DNA of 64,000 nt from NCBI RefSeq assembly GCF_006345805.1, contig NC_043005.1, positions 24,614,001 to 24,678,000 on the forward strand. The letters run 5' to 3'. The stretch comes from Octopus sinensis. Its lineage: Eukaryota. Of this stretch, positions 13,185-26,366 are shown piece by piece. Position numbers and translations under genes: made by a program. Below the pieces are notes generated by a model. It ran no database searches. It was given only the letters and a program-made list of their open reading frames with translations, and had not been told where the DNA came from. How positions within the stretch are numbered: the first letter of the stretch is position 1; each line of letters opens with the position of its first letter.

Positions 13185-13506
13185 TGTAGTAAAGGTTGTT
13201 TGCCAACATAACATGACAGCCCTGGTTTAGGATGAATGTTGCTGTAATTTAGCCCCAGCAGACATTGTCTCCAGCTGGCTATATGACACAATCTGTGTCC
13301 TTATATTTTCAAACAAGGGAATCTAGCACTCCTACTCAGCTCAAAAGTATATTTGTGTATCGGGATTTCTGGGTTGTTCGAAAATATAAGGAAACAGATC
13401 ATGACATATAGCCAGCTGGAGACAATGTCTCCAGGGGCTAAATTACAGCAACATTCATCCTAAATCAGGACTGCCATGTTATGTTGGCAAACAACCTTTG
13501 CTACAG
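13185..13506. mobile_element. MITE with about 130 bp terminal inverted repeats (probably Tc1/mariner-type)
   Basis: tgtagtaaaggttgtttgccaacataacatg... at 13187 is mirrored by ...catgttatgttggcaaacaacctttgctacag|ta at 13506. Confidence 0.75.
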
Positions 13507-13541
13507 TATATGTGTATGTGTGTGCGTGTGTATATGTGTGC

Positions 13542-13572
<31 letters not shown>

Positions 13573-14452
13573 CTAGCTGAAGGTGACCCGCTCTACATGC
13601 GGGTAAGAGTGTGGTTGTTACTTTCTGTTGCTTCCTTTCAGCACGTAAGAAGCACCATCCGAACGTGGCCGATTGCAGCGCCGCCTTGATTGGCTTCTGT
13701 GCCGGTGGCATGTAAAAAGCACCAACCGATCGTGGCCACTGCCAGCCCCCCTGGCACCTGTGCCGGCGGCACGAAAAAAAGCACCCACTACGCTCACAGA
13801 GTGGTTGGCGTTAGGAAGGGCATCCACCTGTAGAAACACTGCCAGATCAGACTGGAGCCTGGTGCAGCCTCCTGGCTTCCCAGACCCCTGTCAAACTGTC
13901 CAACCCGTGCTAGCACGGAAAACGGACGTTAAACGATGGTGATGATGATTCTCCCTCTTTGTTTCTCTCTCCTTTCTCTCTCACTTAACCCACTCTCTTA
14001 CTCTTCCTTTCTCTCGGACTCTCCCTCGCTTTCTCTTACTCTCTATCTTTATCTATCTCTCTCCCATTAATAAACAACAAAAGATCTTGAGTAAGTTGAG
14101 AAATAAAATATTTAGAAAGATCAATCATAAATATCAGGACGTAACAACGGAAACACATTTACGATTAAAAGGCTGGCGCAAATTTTTTAGCTTGATGTAA
14201 CAGAGAATTCCTAAACACCTGCTCCTTGAAATTTTAATCCCCTTCCAGCCCCATTTAGACCCCTTATCACATTTTGGTTAATATAACCCGATTTCATTCG
14301 GCTCTACTGGGGCCACATTTTATAAGATGAGGAATTTTGTCCTAGAGGTTACGCCTTTCATTTGAGGAAAAAAAATAGTTGTCATGCAAACTTGCCAGCA
14401 CTTTTAACATAGGTCTGCATATTTTCAGCTCAACCAACCACATAATGCACAC

Positions 14453-14528
<76 letters not shown>

Positions 14529-14544
14529 GGAGTCTCTGTCATAC

Positions 14545-14668
14545 GTGAGCGTTGACGCTGAATTCGACTGGTAAGCAGGTAACCTTGTCTTTGTTGAAAT
14601 AGTTGTGAGCTGCTGGAGTTATTTGTCTGACAGGTAATAGGAATTTCCATATCCTCCGAGGAAACGAA
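14545..14668 (-). other. Candidate exon B inside the Helitron bracket
   Basis: In frame with exon A across a 145 nt GT-AG intron containing a CTAAT branch-like motif: FVSSEDMEIPITCQTNNSSSSQLFQQRQGYLLTSRIQRQRS. Possible donor gtatga. Confidence 0.4.
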
Positions 14669-14813
14669 CTGTTGACCCAGACAATTAGAATTAATTTTAA
14701 TAAAAGCATCAATTTAAGAAAAAATAATAAAGTATTAAAAAATGAAAATTTAGCACGAAAAATTTGCAGGGTTCTAAATAAATGTTAAAATGTAATAGAT
14801 ACGAAAAACCTAC

Positions 14814-14960
14814 GTTATCACCAGAACACGAACGCTCGTTGGTGTGTTCTGTTTGTATTTGCTCGATCAGCGCGTTGACGGCAGACAATAGAATGCGATG
14901 GCGAGATTCATAATATTTGTTGTCATGATTGTGTGTTGGTGGTGGCGATGGTAATTCTCT
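14814..14960 (-). other. Candidate exon A inside the Helitron bracket
   Basis: 147 nt, phase 0-0, stop-free: RELPSPPPTHNHDNKYYESRHRILLSAVNALIEQIQTEHTNERSCSGDN. Acceptor tatctgtctgcattcatag, donor gtaggt. Confidence 0.45.
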
Positions 14961-15577
14961 CTATGAATGCAGACAGATACATAAAAGAATGCCGAAGTGA
15001 TGGGAAGGTAGGAAATAGAGTGAGTGAAAAAGTGCTGGGAAGAGAGGAAATAGCGAGAGTGAGTTGAGGAAGACAGATACATTAAAGAATAGGAGTGGAC
15101 TTGTCAAAGTGGGTTTTTGGCCCTAGCAACGACACCTTTTAAGATAGGGATTTCTAAGGTAGCCCACTGGCATCGTCACCTCATTTTACATGTCCCTGTA
15201 AATTTTGGAGTCAATCTGATGGGCTGTAGTGGCCTTGAAAGCGATCCAAGCGGTCGAAACGCATTTCAGTTTTATATATAGAGATATATATATACACACA
15301 CATTTAACATCACCTCATTTTAATGTCTACATTTTCATGCTTGCATGGATTAGATAAAAGCAGCTGGGAGAGATTTTTCACAAGAGTTGTTTTTTTCTGT
15401 AGCCAACCTTCCCCTGTTTCTAAGCAAAATAATATTGTTTCCTCTCGTCCTTTGAACATGAAACAACACAAAAGCCAGACATGTTGACATGTTTTTCGTG
15501 AAAGATTGCAAACATCAGTGCGTGTAAGAATGAAGATAGTTTACAGAAAGTGCTTGACCTCAAAACAAGGAGTCAGT

Positions 15578-15629
<52 letters not shown>

Positions 15630-15822
15630 ACAGACATGCACTTCAGGCTACTACTTTAGAGATCCTCTACTACATCCCCTCAAAAGCCTTTGGTTGGGCC
15701 AGAGTGACACACAGTAGGGCCCAAACCTGAAATCATATTGCTAAGCAAATTGATAACAACACAGCCATAACGAACAACTGGGTAAATGTATAATTCTCAT
15801 CATTTATTTGAATTGTCTTGGA

Positions 15823-15866
<44 letters not shown>

Positions 15867-15961
15867 AACACACATACCAGAGTAAGCATATAAGTGCAAA
15901 ACATGGTGGATAAAATAGTACTCAATACCAGAGGTAGAGTATGCTTTATTAAAAAGCAGCA

Positions 15962-16001
<40 letters not shown>

Positions 16002-16348
16002 AGTGGCTGTGTAGTAAGTAGCTTGCTTACCAACCACATGGTTGGTCAAGTGTCTTCTATTATAGCCTCAGGCCAACCAAAGCCTTGTGAGTGGATTTGG
16101 TAGACGGGAATTGAAAGAAGCCCATCGTATATATGTATATGTATATATATAAATATGTGTCTGTGTTTGTCCCACCAACATCGCTTGACAACCGATGCTG
16201 GTGTGTTTACGTCCCTGTAACTTAGCAGTTCAATCAAGGTGACAGATAGAATAAGTACTAGGCTTACAAAGAATAAGTCCTGGGGTCGATTTGCTCAACT
16301 AAAGGCGGTGCTCCAGCATGGCCACAGTCAAAGTAAAAGAGTAAAAAG

Positions 16349-16383
<35 letters not shown>

Positions 16384-17101
16384 GCTTAGTATACTTAGTG
16401 TCACTATCTGACAGTAAAACACATCATACAATACATACAAAACACACATACCATCCAACAAAAGAGCACAACTCACATTACACAACAGATAAAACCCTAG
16501 AATAACAACAGAATCAAACAAAACAAACCCCACAACAAATCGAAAACTGCTGTAGTCCATATAAGCACAGCTTTTTATCCTCAAAAGACAATGATGCACA
16601 TGAGTCAGGAACATGGATGTGCAGCAGGTGATTCAGTAGAAACTGCTGCAAATAATGCAATTTCTACTTTCTGTTCAAGGCCTTGAATGTATGTGGCTGG
16701 AGCAGTGAGCTCTAAGTGACGAAATCAACCTCAGTATATTGCATGTACTTTATATTGATAGATGAAAAGTAATGTAAACTTAGGTTAGATATCAGCACAA
16801 AATCTACTCAAATATTATCAGTAACCCCATCACAACCTTTGTTAATGATATGAATAAATAAGTGAGTCGCCAGAACTATAATTAACCAAAAATAAACTTG
16901 CTTTTTATCTACTGATACAAAATGAGGCAATGAGTGAACCTCTAGAGTCCTACTAAAAATAGCAGTCACACCTCCTTCAATCTGTACCTCTCAATCTTAA
17001 AAGGCAGATGTCACAGTAAAAGAAAAAAAACATAGTCCTATATAAACTATGATTGAAAACAAAATGTATTCCAGAGTAACAGGTCTCTAAATCAACTTAT
17101 C

Positions 17102-17140
<39 letters not shown>

Positions 17141-17391
17141 GTTATTCATGGTTTGTTTGTATAAAGCTAAAACAAGAGATAATACAAGTTGAAGTATTTC
17201 AAAATTTGTATGTCAATATTTCAGGTTATGAGCTCTTCTTCAGGAAATTTTCAATCATGGAAATAGTGTTGTAAATACACAAAACCATTTCTCCAAATTG
17301 TATTATTTCTTATAACTTGCATTCTTTTGGTTCGATAAAAAGAAAATTGAAAACATATATATCACACGATGCTTCATGCTAACTATAATAC

Positions 17392-17447
<56 letters not shown>

Positions 17448-17769
17448 CACAGACACTAAGATCCAGATATACACATGAACACACACCAAATGCATCTGCA
17501 AATTAACACACACAAATACACATACACATCTAAACATACATACACACACAATGACATAATCACATGAAAATTCTAATATTACAATTTATTAGTTGCTTGG
17601 AGCTAAATTCTTATTGTAAAATATACATTCACTAGTAAACCCCTGTTGCACAAAGGAGGCAACAGAAGGGTGTACACACACACACATGTATGTGTGTATA
17701 TTGTGTGTGTTTGTGTGAATCTATAACCTGTGGCCTATGCCAGCGGTGTAACCAGCCTACTTATGTGTT

Positions 17770-18310
17770 GTTTGCGAAGACCTGTTGTGGCAAGTAAAAT
17801 CACAATCAAAATCAAATTTACTGACATGGCCAATGACAGCATGCTCTAACTGGCATCCATGCCAGTGGAATGTTAAAAGCACCATCCAAGTGTGATTGTT
17901 GCCAGGGCCACTGACTGGCTCCAGTGCTGGTGGCACATAAAAAGCATCATTTGAGCGTGATTGTTACCAACGTCATCTTACTGGTACTTGTGCAAGTGGC
18001 ACATGAAAGACAACATTCGAGTGAGGTTGTTGCCAGTGCCGCTGGACTGGCCTCCTGTGCAGGTGGCACATAAAAACACCACTTGAGTGTGGCAGTTGCC
18101 AGTACCACCTGACTGGCCCTCATGCAAGTGGCAAGTAAAAGCACCCACTACACTCTCAGAGTTGTTGGCGTTAGGAAGGGCATCCAGCTATCGAAGCTCT
18201 GCCAGATCAGATTGGAGCCTGGTGCAGCCATCTGGCTCACCAGTCTTCAGTCAAACCGTCCAAGCCATACCAACATGGAAATAAGACATTAAATGATGAT
18301 GATGATGATA
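17770..18310 (+). mobile_element. SINE family C with internal tandem subunits, representative copy
   Basis: Repeated tgccagtggcacataaaaagcacc units, then gagtggttggcgttaggaagggcatccagc...aaacgatgatgatg; also at 13607-13950, 29110-29570, 45840-46015, 49630-49830(-). Confidence 0.8.
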
Positions 18311-19234
18311 ATGATATAACCACTTAATCTGTTCCTTCAATTTGGATTTACATGGGATTATTCGTAAGGAGCTATAACTTCACGGAAGTATGGACCAACC
18401 TCTAGACCCTTCGGAATAAGATGAACTGTGAACTTTATACTTCTATCTTTATTCATCTATCTACTGTTTTATTCTTTTATACACTGAATTCTCGTTCTGG
18501 AACTTTCCTACATACACACCTTGTCTTTGATGATGGAATACCTAGTGTATGGAGATGCTAACCCATCACCTGGGATATCCCAGAAAAGCTGGAAGATATT
18601 AATTACTTCTAATTCACCTTACTTTAATTAAGTACTCTAAATGACCTGAGATACTCATCCTGCCTTGATTTTGTTGACCTTTTTCCTCTAATATATATAT
18701 ATATATCACGTGATCATGTGACCGACCAGACCATCAGATGTTGTTACACATCGCTGGTCACAATGCGTTCGCATTGTTTTAGCCTTCGAATGACGCCACC
18801 CCGTTGGCTAAGCGAGTAGGCCAACAGAAGAAAGAGTGGGAGAAAGAGTGGTGAAAGAGTACAGCAGGGATCACCACACCCTGCCGGAGCCTCGTGGAGC
18901 TTTTAGGTGCTTTTGCTCAATAAACACTCACAACGCCCGGCCTGGGAATCAAAACCGCGATCCTACGACCGCGAATTCGCTGCCCTAACCACTGGGCCAT
19001 TGCGCCTCCACATATGTATATACAGTGATCTCTCGACTATCACAGATATTACGGTCCAAAACCCATTGCGATAAGCAAGAAGCTGTACACACAGTACTAT
19101 ACTGTATATTTTAAAAATTATTTTTATAATTTGTATCTGTTTATTTTATTATAAATGCAAAATAACACCATGGAGGAATCGACGTAAGCTTAAATAATAA
19201 ACCACGATAGGTGAACTGCACAATATGGTGAGGA

Positions 19235-19279
<45 letters not shown>

Positions 19280-19639
19280 TGTGTGTGTGTACATGTGTGC
19301 ATGCATGCGTGTGTGGAGGCATCTAGGAGTTTTGAGAGACCATGGATCAGACAGATCTGAACTTGGAAAATCTTGCTTCTGCTTTGTTAGAAGAGTAGCA
19401 TCTGCCTGTAACTAGAGACCTACACAGAAGTAACAGTCCAGATTAAATCAACTGTACACCAAAATCCTTGCCCACCACCACTCTACTAACCATGTTCTGC
19501 CTGTCAAATAACCAGATGAAAATAATACAAGTATATTAATTGCACCCTTTGATGGATTAAACTCAGATTTCACCATTTATTGTTATTATTTTGCTTTGGG
19601 GAAATTTTTGTATGTTGTCTTCTTCACTACAGTTTTCAC

Positions 19640-19964
19640 TTCCTTGTCACCAGATTTAGCGCCTTCAGACTATTATCTCTTCGGCCACATGAAATAAGGT
19701 TTGAGAGGCAAACATTATTCCAGTGACGAGGAAGCAAAAACTGTAGTGAAGTAGTGGCTCAAAGAACAGTCAACAGAATTTTACGAGGCAGGGATACATG
19801 CTCTCATTCGAAGGTGGAACATTGCTATTGAGAGAAACAGTGACTATGTTGAGAAATAGGGGTGTGATCGACAGAGGACCAGCTTCATTTTGATGTATGA
19901 TACATGTTCCTGTGTTGGTAATTATACCTGTCCTAAACAAAATGGCATTACTTTTTGACAGACC

Positions 19965-19970
<6 letters not shown>
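19640..19970 (+). mobile_element. Mariner transposon 3' end (transposase C-terminus plus right TIR)
   Basis: SPDLAPSDYYLFGHMK*GLRGKHYSSDEEAKTVVK*WLKEQSTEFYEAGIHALIRRWNIAIERNSDYVEK, then ttactttttgacagaccctca|TA. Confidence 0.88.
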
Positions 19971-20013
<43 letters not shown>

Positions 20014-20581
20014 GTAAGAAAAAAGAAATGACAAAGGAATAAATGAGTATTGTATGAACTTCATTAGGTTACAGCTGTAAGTTAATGAAGTTCATAAGAT
20101 TATTCCTTCCTCTTTTTCTTACCCCCACTCTATACTCGCCTAATTCTTTGTTCAGAAGCATATGTATTTTCAGTTCTACACCAGATTACTAGTACTGTAA
20201 TGCCTCAGCAGCAAGAATGTATGTATGTATGTGGAGGTGCAATGGCCCAGTGGTTAGGGCAGCATACTCGCGGTCATAGGATAGCGGTTTCGATTCCCGG
20301 ACCGGGTGCTATGAGTGTTTATTGAGTTCAAACACCTAAAAGCTCCACAAGGTTCTGGCAGGGGTTGGTGGCGACCCCTGTTGTACTCTTTCACCCCAAC
20401 TTTCTCTCACCCTTTCTTCCTGTTTCTTGGGAAACGCTGCGATGGATTGGTGTCCTGTCCAGCTGGGGGGGGGGAACACATACGCCGCAGAAACCGGGAA
20501 ACCGGGCCCATGACTCTAAGCTTGAAAAGGGCTCATAAAAAAATTTTTTAAATGTATATATGTATGTAATGTGTGTATATA

Positions 20582-20624
<43 letters not shown>

Positions 20625-21219
20625 GTGTGTGTTTGTGTCTGTATTTGTCTTCCCACCATCGCTTGACAACCACTCTTGGTGTGTTTACGTCCCCGTAACT
20701 TACCAGTTCAGCAAAAGACACCAATAGAATAAGTACTAGGCTTACAAAGAATAAGTCCAGAGGTCAATTTGCTCGACTAAAAGGTGGTGCTCCAGCATGG
20801 CTACAGTCAAAATTATTGAAACAAGTAAAAGTCTTTATACACAAATACATATATACATTCCTATGTGTGTGTATACATATGTACATGCACATTATATATG
20901 TATGTGGTAAGTAGCTTGCTTCTCGACCACATAGTTCCGGGTTCAGTCCCACAACGTAGCACCTTGGGTAAGAGTCTTCTACTATAGCCTCAGGCTGACC
21001 AAAGCCTTGTGAGTGGTTTTGGTACACAGAAATTGAAAGAAGCCCGTCATACATACATATATATATGTATGTATGCGTGTGCATATGTTTGTGTGTCTGT
21101 GTTTGTCCCCCCAACATCGGTTTTGCTCGACTAAAGGCGGTGCTCCAGCATGGCCACAGTCAAATGACTGAAACAAATAAAAGAGTAAAGAGTATATATA
21201 TATATATATATATATATAT

Positions 21220-21615
21220 GGCTGTGTGGTAAGTAGCTTGCTTACCAACCACATGGTTCCGGGTTCAGTCCCACTGCGTGGCATCTTGGGCAAGTGTCTT
21301 CTGCTATAGCCCCGGGTCGACCAATGCCTTGTGAGTGGATTTGGTAGACGGAAACTGAAAGAAGCCTGTCATATATATGTATATATATATATGTATGTGT
21401 GTGTCTATGTGTCTCTGTGTTTGTCCCCCCAACATTGCTTGACAACCGATGCTGGTGTGTTTATGTCCCCGTCACTTAGCGGTTTGGCAAAAAGAGACCG
21501 ATAGAATAAGTACTGGGCTTACAAAAAGAATAAGTCCCAGGGTCGAGTTGCTCGACTAAAGGCGGTGCTCCAGCATGGCCGCAGTCAAATGACTGAAACA
21601 AGTAAAAGAGAAAAG
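21220..21615 (+). mobile_element. SINE family B, representative copy
   Basis: ggctgtgtggtaagtagcttgcttaccaaccacatggttccgggttcagtccc... also at about 3725, 3945, 15995, 20900, 30330, 35410-35760(-), 46100, 50810-51210(-), 54940. Confidence 0.85.
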
Positions 21616-21776
21616 AGTATATATTCTGGAGTAAGCACGTAAAAGTGAAACAAGGTGGAAAAAATAGTACTCAAATACCAGAGGTAGAGCAGTATGCTTT
21701 ATTTAAAAGCAGCAGAAATATCACAAAAACTGTTACTCAGAGTTTCATGTTCCCATTTGTCAGACTGTTTTCTAAC

Positions 21777-21822
21777 AAAACTGTCCGACGAACAGGAACA
21801 CGAAACTCTGAGTAACAGTTTT
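21777..21822 (+). ncRNA. Minimal type I hammerhead, U4C variant (probably inactive)
   Basis: AAAACUGU CCGACGA ACAGGAACAC GAA ACUC-U-GAGU A^ ACAGUUUU: 8 bp stem I, near-palindromic stem III, GUA triplet. Confidence 0.7.
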
Positions 21823-21850
21823 TGTGATATTTCTGCTGCTTTTAAATAAA

Positions 21851-21884
<34 letters not shown>

Positions 21885-22339
21885 GAAAGAAGGTTTGAAA
21901 ATGCAATTTTAAAAGATGTTTATTTACTTTACCGGTTTTACTCTTTAGAAAAAGATTGTCAAAAGTAACATGTAAATGTTTGGTTGTGTTAATTATTGGT
22001 TGTCACAAATTGCTACAATATATATATATATATACAGTCTTTGGTATATATTTGAGAAATGTGCAAGTAAACTTTTGTGTATGTGTACATATATGTTACT
22101 CTGTGTGTGTGTGTGTGTATACATACAGGAAAATTCAATAACAAAAAGAAAAAAATATATATATATATACAGTTGAAATTTACAGAAAAACAAGACGAAG
22201 ACAGGTATATAAACAACACGCAAAAATATATATAGAGAGAAATATATATATATATGAAAAGAGAGAGAAAGAGATTTGCATAGTGATGCAAGGCATTAAA
22301 CAAATGGCAATTGTTTTATATAATAATGTTTAGGTTTAC

Positions 22340-22450
22340 CTCCTAACGTTCACACACCTTACTTCACAATCCAGTCTATGCCTGTGGCAATATATATAAA
22401 ACACAGCTATATGCTTATCTGTGTAACTTTCTTTGTTTAAACTCAGCAAC
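22340..22450 (-). other. Candidate minus-strand exon (coding or 5'UTR)
   Basis: 111 nt between a long pyrimidine tract ending ttctaaag and GAG|gtaaac; one open frame (LLSLNKESYTDKHIAVFYIYCHRHRLDCEVRCVNVR), phase 2-2. Confidence 0.3.
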
Positions 22451-23042
22451 CTTTAGAACATACAATTGCAGATCAGAGAAGGATTGAAGGAAGAGGAAAA
22501 GAAAAGGTGGGGAAAAGAAGACTAAGGACCCCCCACCCACACACCCACCGAAAAAAATAAGGAAGATTAAAAAAAAAATAAAAGAATAAAACAGAAAGCA
22601 AAAGGAAGAAAGAATGTGTCATCAAGTAAAATAATTCAAACGTAATATGAAACGGAATAAGTTTTTAAAATGGGTTAACATTATGAGCCCAAAACATTGA
22701 ACTTCGAAGCTTTAGACTTTTTACAGAATTTGGAATTGTTAAATTTATCCCAGATTTCTATTGTTAATATAACTGAGTTTCAGAATTCCAGATTTTTAAA
22801 TTTTCTGTTGGTGATATTCTAAAATTTTTTATTTATTTAAAAAGTCTTTTTTTATATGTGTCTGTGTGTTTTGTAATGTAGCTTTCTCGTTATATATCAG
22901 ATGCCTTTCATACACAAACACACATACAGAACTTTATGAAAGAGAGACAGAGAGAGAGAAAGAAAGACAGAAAACATCAATAAACATCAGAGCTGATGTA
23001 AACGTCACAAGTTTTAAAGAAGAATGAAAATATATTTTGTAG

Positions 23043-23096
23043 GAACATATTTGGAATAGATTAAGAAAATCTATTTGGAAGCAAGAAGCTTACAAG
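23043..23096 (+). CDS. Candidate micro-exon EHIWNRLRKSIWKQEAYK
   Basis: 54 nt between tattttgtag and AAG|gtaaat; only the phase 0 frame is open. It is short, so chance cannot be excluded. Confidence 0.3.
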
Positions 23097-25841
23097 GTAA
23101 ATATTTATTTTGTTTTATTTATACATTTAGATTTGCATTTTTTGAATTATTCATTTAAATATTCATGCAGATGAATGAGTATCTAAATATTTCATTCATT
23201 CTTCAAAGAAATTCCACCATTTTTGTTCCATGCAATACACAAGCACACACAAAACAGACATGTATATACATACACTTAGATATGAATATAAGCCTAATTA
23301 ATTATGAAGACATAAATATATATATGTTTATATAAAGAGAGAGAGAAACTTTAAGCAGCAACCAAATATGATTTGCCTTCCAGAAAATTAACAAAAGAAC
23401 TCTATAGCATTTGATGAGTATATACAAAAATATTATGGACAGATGGATGGATAGAGAGGCAGACAGGCAACTGTAAAAATTAAAGAAAAGAACAACTCAA
23501 TACATACAGTGTAGTTTATTCATTCTCTGAACCGAGTTTCCATCTCATTCTTTAAGCCAGAGAGAGAAACTGCACAAGGCTAGAAACTCCTGTTGTGTTC
23601 TGTCCTACCTACTGGTCTCCTGCCCAATGACCAGCTGAAAATACTTGGACATTTACTAAAGAACTTCCAGAACCTGTCAATATTTTGGGGGCTGAACCCC
23701 CAGGGGGTGACAGTAGGCAGAATTTAAAACCAAGAATGCATAGGGCCACAACAAATACCACAAGGCATTCTGTTTTGATACTGTACTAAATAAAATAAAA
23801 CACAGGTCCAATACTTGTATTTTATTTATCAGCCCTAAAAGGATGAAAGGGAAAGCTGGGTTCAGGAGGATTTGAACCCAGATACAGACAGCTGGAACAA
23901 GTAATGCAAGGCATTCTAACAACTCTAATAATCTGGTCCCTCATATTTAAGAATGATGAATAACACTTAGACACTTTGTTTAATATAGCCAGTGATATTT
24001 AATACTTGAGAGATGACTGAAATAGTGCTTTTTATTATAAATAGGTCTGCTCGGTTGTGGCTGACCTGGGGCTAAATAACAACTACTGCTGCTGCTATTA
24101 CTACTAAAACTACTACTACTACTACTGTTAAAACTAACATAATTTTTAGAATATTTTTCTCTACTAAGGTGGTGAGCTGACAGAACTGTTAGCACAACGG
24201 GAGAAATGCTTAGTGGTATTTCGTCTGTCTTTACGTTCTGAGTTCAAATTCCACCAAGGTCGACCATGCTTTTCATCCTTTCAGGATCGATAAATTAAGT
24301 TCCAGTTGCATACTGGGGTCTGTCTAATCGACTGGCCACCTCCCCAAAAATTCCGGGCCTTGTGCCTAGAGTAGAAAAGATTATTAATAATGCAGCAAGC
24401 TGGCAGAATCGTTAGCTTACTGGGCAAAATGCTTAGCAGTATTTCACTTGTTGCTGCATTCAGAGTTCAAATTCCGCCAAGATCGACTTTGCCTTTCATC
24501 CTTTCAGGATCGATAAAATAAGTACCAGTTGAACACTGGGGCCGATATAATCAGCTTGCCTTCTGCCACGAACTTGGCTCTTGCACCAAAATTTGAAAAC
24601 ATTATTATTATTAGTAGTAGTAGTAGTAGTGGTAGTAGCATTTACAATGTTTCTATTAGCTTCTTTCTTCAATATAACTTCTTCCTAAGGCAGTGAGCTG
24701 GCAGAAACGTTAGCACGGAAGGCAAAATGCTTAGTAGTATTTTGTCTGCTGCTACGTTCTGAGTTCAAATTCCGCCAAGGTCGACTTTGCCTTTCATCAT
24801 TTCGGGGTCGATTAAATAAGTACCAGTTATACACTGGGGTTGATATAATCGACTTAATCTGTTTGTCTGTCCTTGTTTGTCCTCTCAGTGTTTAGCCCCT
24901 TGTGGATAGTAAAGAAATAGGTATTTCGTACATTTCTTTAAAGGCGGCGAGCTGGCAGAAACATTAGCACACCGGGCAAAATGCATAGCCGTATTTCGTC
25001 TGCCATTACGTTCTGAGTTCAAATTCCACTGAGGTCGACTTTGCCTTTTATCCTTTTGGGGTCGATTAAATAAGTACCAGTTATGCACTGGAGTCGATGT
25101 AATCGACTTAATCCGTTTGTCTGTCCTTGTTTGTCCTCTCTGTGTGTAGCCCCTTGTGGGTAGTAAAAAAATAAGTATTTCATCTGTCTTTATGTTGAGT
25201 TCAAATTCCACTGAGATTGACTTTGCCTTTTATCCTTTCAAGGTCAATAACATAAGTACCAGTTGCATACTGGGGTCAATCTAATCGAATGGCCCCCTCC
25301 CCAAACATTTCAGGCCTTGTGCCTAGAGTAGAAAAGAAAAGAATATCCTTCTCTATCGTTTCTACTTTAAAGTCACCCTCTATAATACGGATACACTATT
25401 GCTCTTTAACCAATGGTTATTCTATACAGAGTGGACTCATGATCACAAATATACCATTCATGATCAGAACACTATTTTAAGGACCCTGGAAGGGTTGGAA
25501 AACGAAAAAAGTGAAAAACGAAACTGACCTCAGTGGAATTTGAACTCAGAACACAGAGAGCTGGAACAAATACTGCAAAGCTTTTTATCCAAGGCTCTAA
25601 CGATTGTTGATTTATTATTGGTTCCTAGCATGAGCATTAATTTGGCCCAAACATTAACTTGCTATATATTTTGTATTTTGTCAAATCTATCTGGAAAGCA
25701 AGTTGACTCCACTGGGATTTGAAACCAGAATGTAAAGTAATAATATAAAATACTCTAAGACATTTTGTCCACAGATCTATCAATCCTACCCAACTTAATC
25801 CCCTTCCCCACAAGCTGCCCTTGTAGTAAATTTTGAAATCA

Positions 25842-25872
<31 letters not shown>

Positions 25873-25934
25873 TATTATTAAAAAAAATTTTTTTATAATA
25901 ATAATAATAATGATTTCAAATTTTACTACTTTTT

Positions 25935-25972
<38 letters not shown>

Positions 25973-26196
25973 TGATGATGATTTTAAATTTTACTACAAG
26001 GGCAGCTTGGGGGAAGGGGATTAAGTCAATAACATCGATCCCAGTGCATAACTGGTACTTATTTAATCGACCCCCAAAAGGATGAAAGGCAAAGTCGATC
26101 TCAGCGGAATTTGAACTCAGAATGTAGTTACAGAGGGAATACTTTTTAAGCATTTCGACCGGCATGCTAATGATTCTGCCAACTTGCCACCTTAAC

Positions 26197-26233
<37 letters not shown>

Positions 26234-26366
26234 GTCCTGATGCAGCACAAGGCAGTGGTTCTCGTGGCTTCTGATTTGAACTGATTGGAAGTGTTATCAT
26301 GTACATTGTTTTGTCTTGGTATAAAAGATAGGCTACAACAAATATTCTGCTCAATACCACAGATTT

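Larger units (their letters stand above)
13573..15284 (-). mobile_element. Helitron-like element or bracket with a nested SINE and candidate exons
   Basis: Minus strand: 5' A|TCTCTATATATAAAAC at 15284; 3' hairpin ACCCGC-atgtaga-GCGGGT, then 9 nt, then CTAG|T at 13573. SINE inserted at about 13607-13950. Confidence 0.65.

Noticed and set aside
14898-14950. Plus-strand signal-peptide-like exon MARFIIFVVMIVCWWWR and a bidirectional promoter
   Set aside because: It is the antisense of the longer minus-strand exon candidate inside the Helitron bracket, and I found no phase-compatible downstream exon.
17205-17250. Minus-strand CTGAAGAAGAGC...GAAA as a hammerhead
   Set aside because: Probably a remnant of such a motif, but stems II, III and I are too decayed to support a call.
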